Virus record (IMG/VR): IMGVR_UViG_2541047917_000011
DNA length: 39,086 bases
Strand: one strand, 5' to 3'
From: a virus
Lineage: Duplodnaviria; Heunggongvirae; Uroviricota; Caudoviricetes
Shown here: positions 37,774 to 39,086 of the stretch, piece by piece
How the letters are laid out: each line of letters starts with the position of its first letter
Numbering within the stretch: the first letter of the stretch is position 1
Position numbers and translations under genes: made by a program
Notes under the pieces: model-generated
Told to the model about the DNA's origin: nothing
The model's database searches: none
Seen by the model: only the letters and a program-made list of their open reading frames with translations

Positions 37774-38100
37774 ATGAAAATCAAAGCAAACACAATTAAA
37801 GAAATAACATCAATCAAAATAAAAGGAGCAGATGCCATGCATTCATTAGACAGTTATTTTCAGCGCACGACAGCCCCTAAATCAGCCGCCCAGGAACGCC
37901 GTGAGGAATTCCAGGAAAAAGTGATGCGTTCTGCTGATTATATTGCGGACAAGTTCGTGGAAACGGTTCGGCCACTTGTTGATGAAGTAGCTGATAAACT
38001 TCAGTCTGAAATGCCGGAAGACATGGAAGGCACTGCAAAGGCGCGACTCCTTTTTGAATTAAGTCGTCGTTTCGGCGTGTCAATAAGCACTTTTAAATAA
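37774..38100 (+). CDS. Hypothetical island protein
   Basis: 108 aa ORF, AT-rich. Confidence 0.35.
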   Translation: MKIKANTIKEITSIKIKGADAMHSLDSYFQRTTAPKSAAQERREEFQEKVMRSADYIADKFVETVRPLVDEVADKLQSEMPEDMEGTAKARLLFELSRRFGVSISTFK

Positions 38101-38117
38101 TCGGAGGAGGAAAGACA

Positions 38118-38660
38118 ATGGACGCATTTGATGTACTGACAAACAAAGGCGATGAACTGGTAGCACAGCGTGATAAAACCGCCAACGAAGGGGAACGCGC
38201 ACTGTTAAATAAGCAGATTAAAGCGATCCGTATGGCCCAGTTTAAATTAATCAGCAATGAAGTTATCGAAATAATTAAACCGCAGATCCCACAAATCGTT
38301 GCTGACGCTATTAAAGCCGCCGGACTGGAGAAACGCATTGCCGGGCTGAAAACGAACGCAGAGAAAATGGAGATGCACAAACAGAGCGGTGCTCCGACTA
38401 CGGATGAGTACTTCTCACCGGATGCTGAGTTTATGGCGCAGGTTGAGGAACGTCTGGGTAGCTGTCTCACCGAGGAACAGCGTCGCTATTTTGATGGAGT
38501 GGATAGTTCGGCAGGTATTGACCTGAACTCGTATTTCGGTCGTGAAATTGAGCATTTTGATGCCGCCCCGTCTATGCCGGAGCCAGAACCAGAAATGGCC
38601 GCCGATCCTGAAGCTGAGCAACGGAAACGCGTATTCAATGCGATAGGGATTCGGTACTGA
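38118..38660 (+). CDS. Hypothetical island protein (acidic, coiled-coil)
   Basis: 180 aa ORF with GGAGGA RBS. Confidence 0.45.
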   Translation: MDAFDVLTNKGDELVAQRDKTANEGERALLNKQIKAIRMAQFKLISNEVIEIIKPQIPQIVADAIKAAGLEKRIAGLKTNAEKMEMHKQSGAPTTDEYFSPDAEFMAQVEERLGSCLTEEQRRYFDGVDSSAGIDLNSYFGREIEHFDAAPSMPEPEPEMAADPEAEQRKRVFNAIGIRY

Positions 38661-38711
38661 TCGGATAAAAGAAAGCCGGGAATTACCCCGGCTGACTTAA
38701 CAATGTGACCA

Positions 38712-39086
38712 ATGAACAAATCGGACAAGACAAACAGGATAAGCAGTCTCGAAACAATGTTCGGGAACTATATTAGCACAAGTCCGGAGAAAATCATCAT
38801 GTTGGCACTACGCATCATGCAGGGCATCGCTAAGACCCTCGCAGAACATGTCTTAGACCTGAAACATTCGCCACTGAGCAAACAGGCCATGAAGCGCCAA
38901 ACGCTTCGTCTGTGGGCTGAATATTCGCTTGGAACTATCAATAAAATCATCGATATGAAATCGGGGCCGAGCAACCAGAGCGCGGAGGAAATGGAGTTCA
39001 TCAGGCGTTTAATTCTCATTCGCAGAGACATTCATAGCCAGTTACACAGCGTGGGAATCGATATTAATGATGGGACGGGCGATTAA
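38712..39086 (+). CDS. Hypothetical island protein
   Basis: 124 aa ORF ending with TAA at the window end. Confidence 0.4.
   Translation: MNKSDKTNRISSLETMFGNYISTSPEKIIMLALRIMQGIAKTLAEHVLDLKHSPLSKQAMKRQTLRLWAEYSLGTINKIIDMKSGPSNQSAEEMEFIRRLILIRRDIHSQLHSVGIDINDGTGD

Larger units (their letters stand above)
33757..39086. mobile_element. Integrase-associated AT-rich island (CPZ-55-like cryptic prophage / integrative element), partial
   Basis: P4-family integrase followed by rep-like gene, iterons, AlpA and unknown genes; context matches eutB-intZ arrangement recalled from E. coli K-12. Confidence 0.6.

Overview
Most of this window (about 1 to 33,396) is a Mu-like transposable prophage, cut at the left edge inside its tail-fibre gene and apparently inserted into the host eutB gene. 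Its layout is split: a minus-strand late arm (tail-fibre start at 429, baseplate, tape measure, chaperone, tube, sheath, head, portal, terminase, lysis cassette up to ~22,160) and a plus-strand early arm (24,972 to 33,238: Ner-like regulator, rve-type DDE transposase, MuB-like ATPase, Gam, small early genes including a MazG-like protein, GemA-like, Mor). Between the arms sits an immunity region: an XRE-type repressor (24,460 to 24,885) whose palindromic operator lies between the -35 and -10 of the divergent early promoter. The repressor is translationally coupled to two AT-rich membrane-protein genes (22,805 to 24,463), with a convergent P-loop NTPase gene next to them (22,291 to 22,767); I recognise none of the three and regard this as the most likely place for an undescribed prophage-borne exclusion or defence function. 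Right of the prophage are the 5' ~103 codons of eutB (minus strand), then a P4-family tyrosine integrase and an AT-rich island with a rep-like gene, four iterons, AlpA and unknown genes; from recall this matches the E. coli K-12 eutB / CPZ-55 (intZ) context, so the host is probably Escherichia-like. I found no tRNA, rRNA or CRISPR array. All calls rest on reading the ORF track and sequence by eye; no searches were run, and motif coordinates may be off by a few bases.
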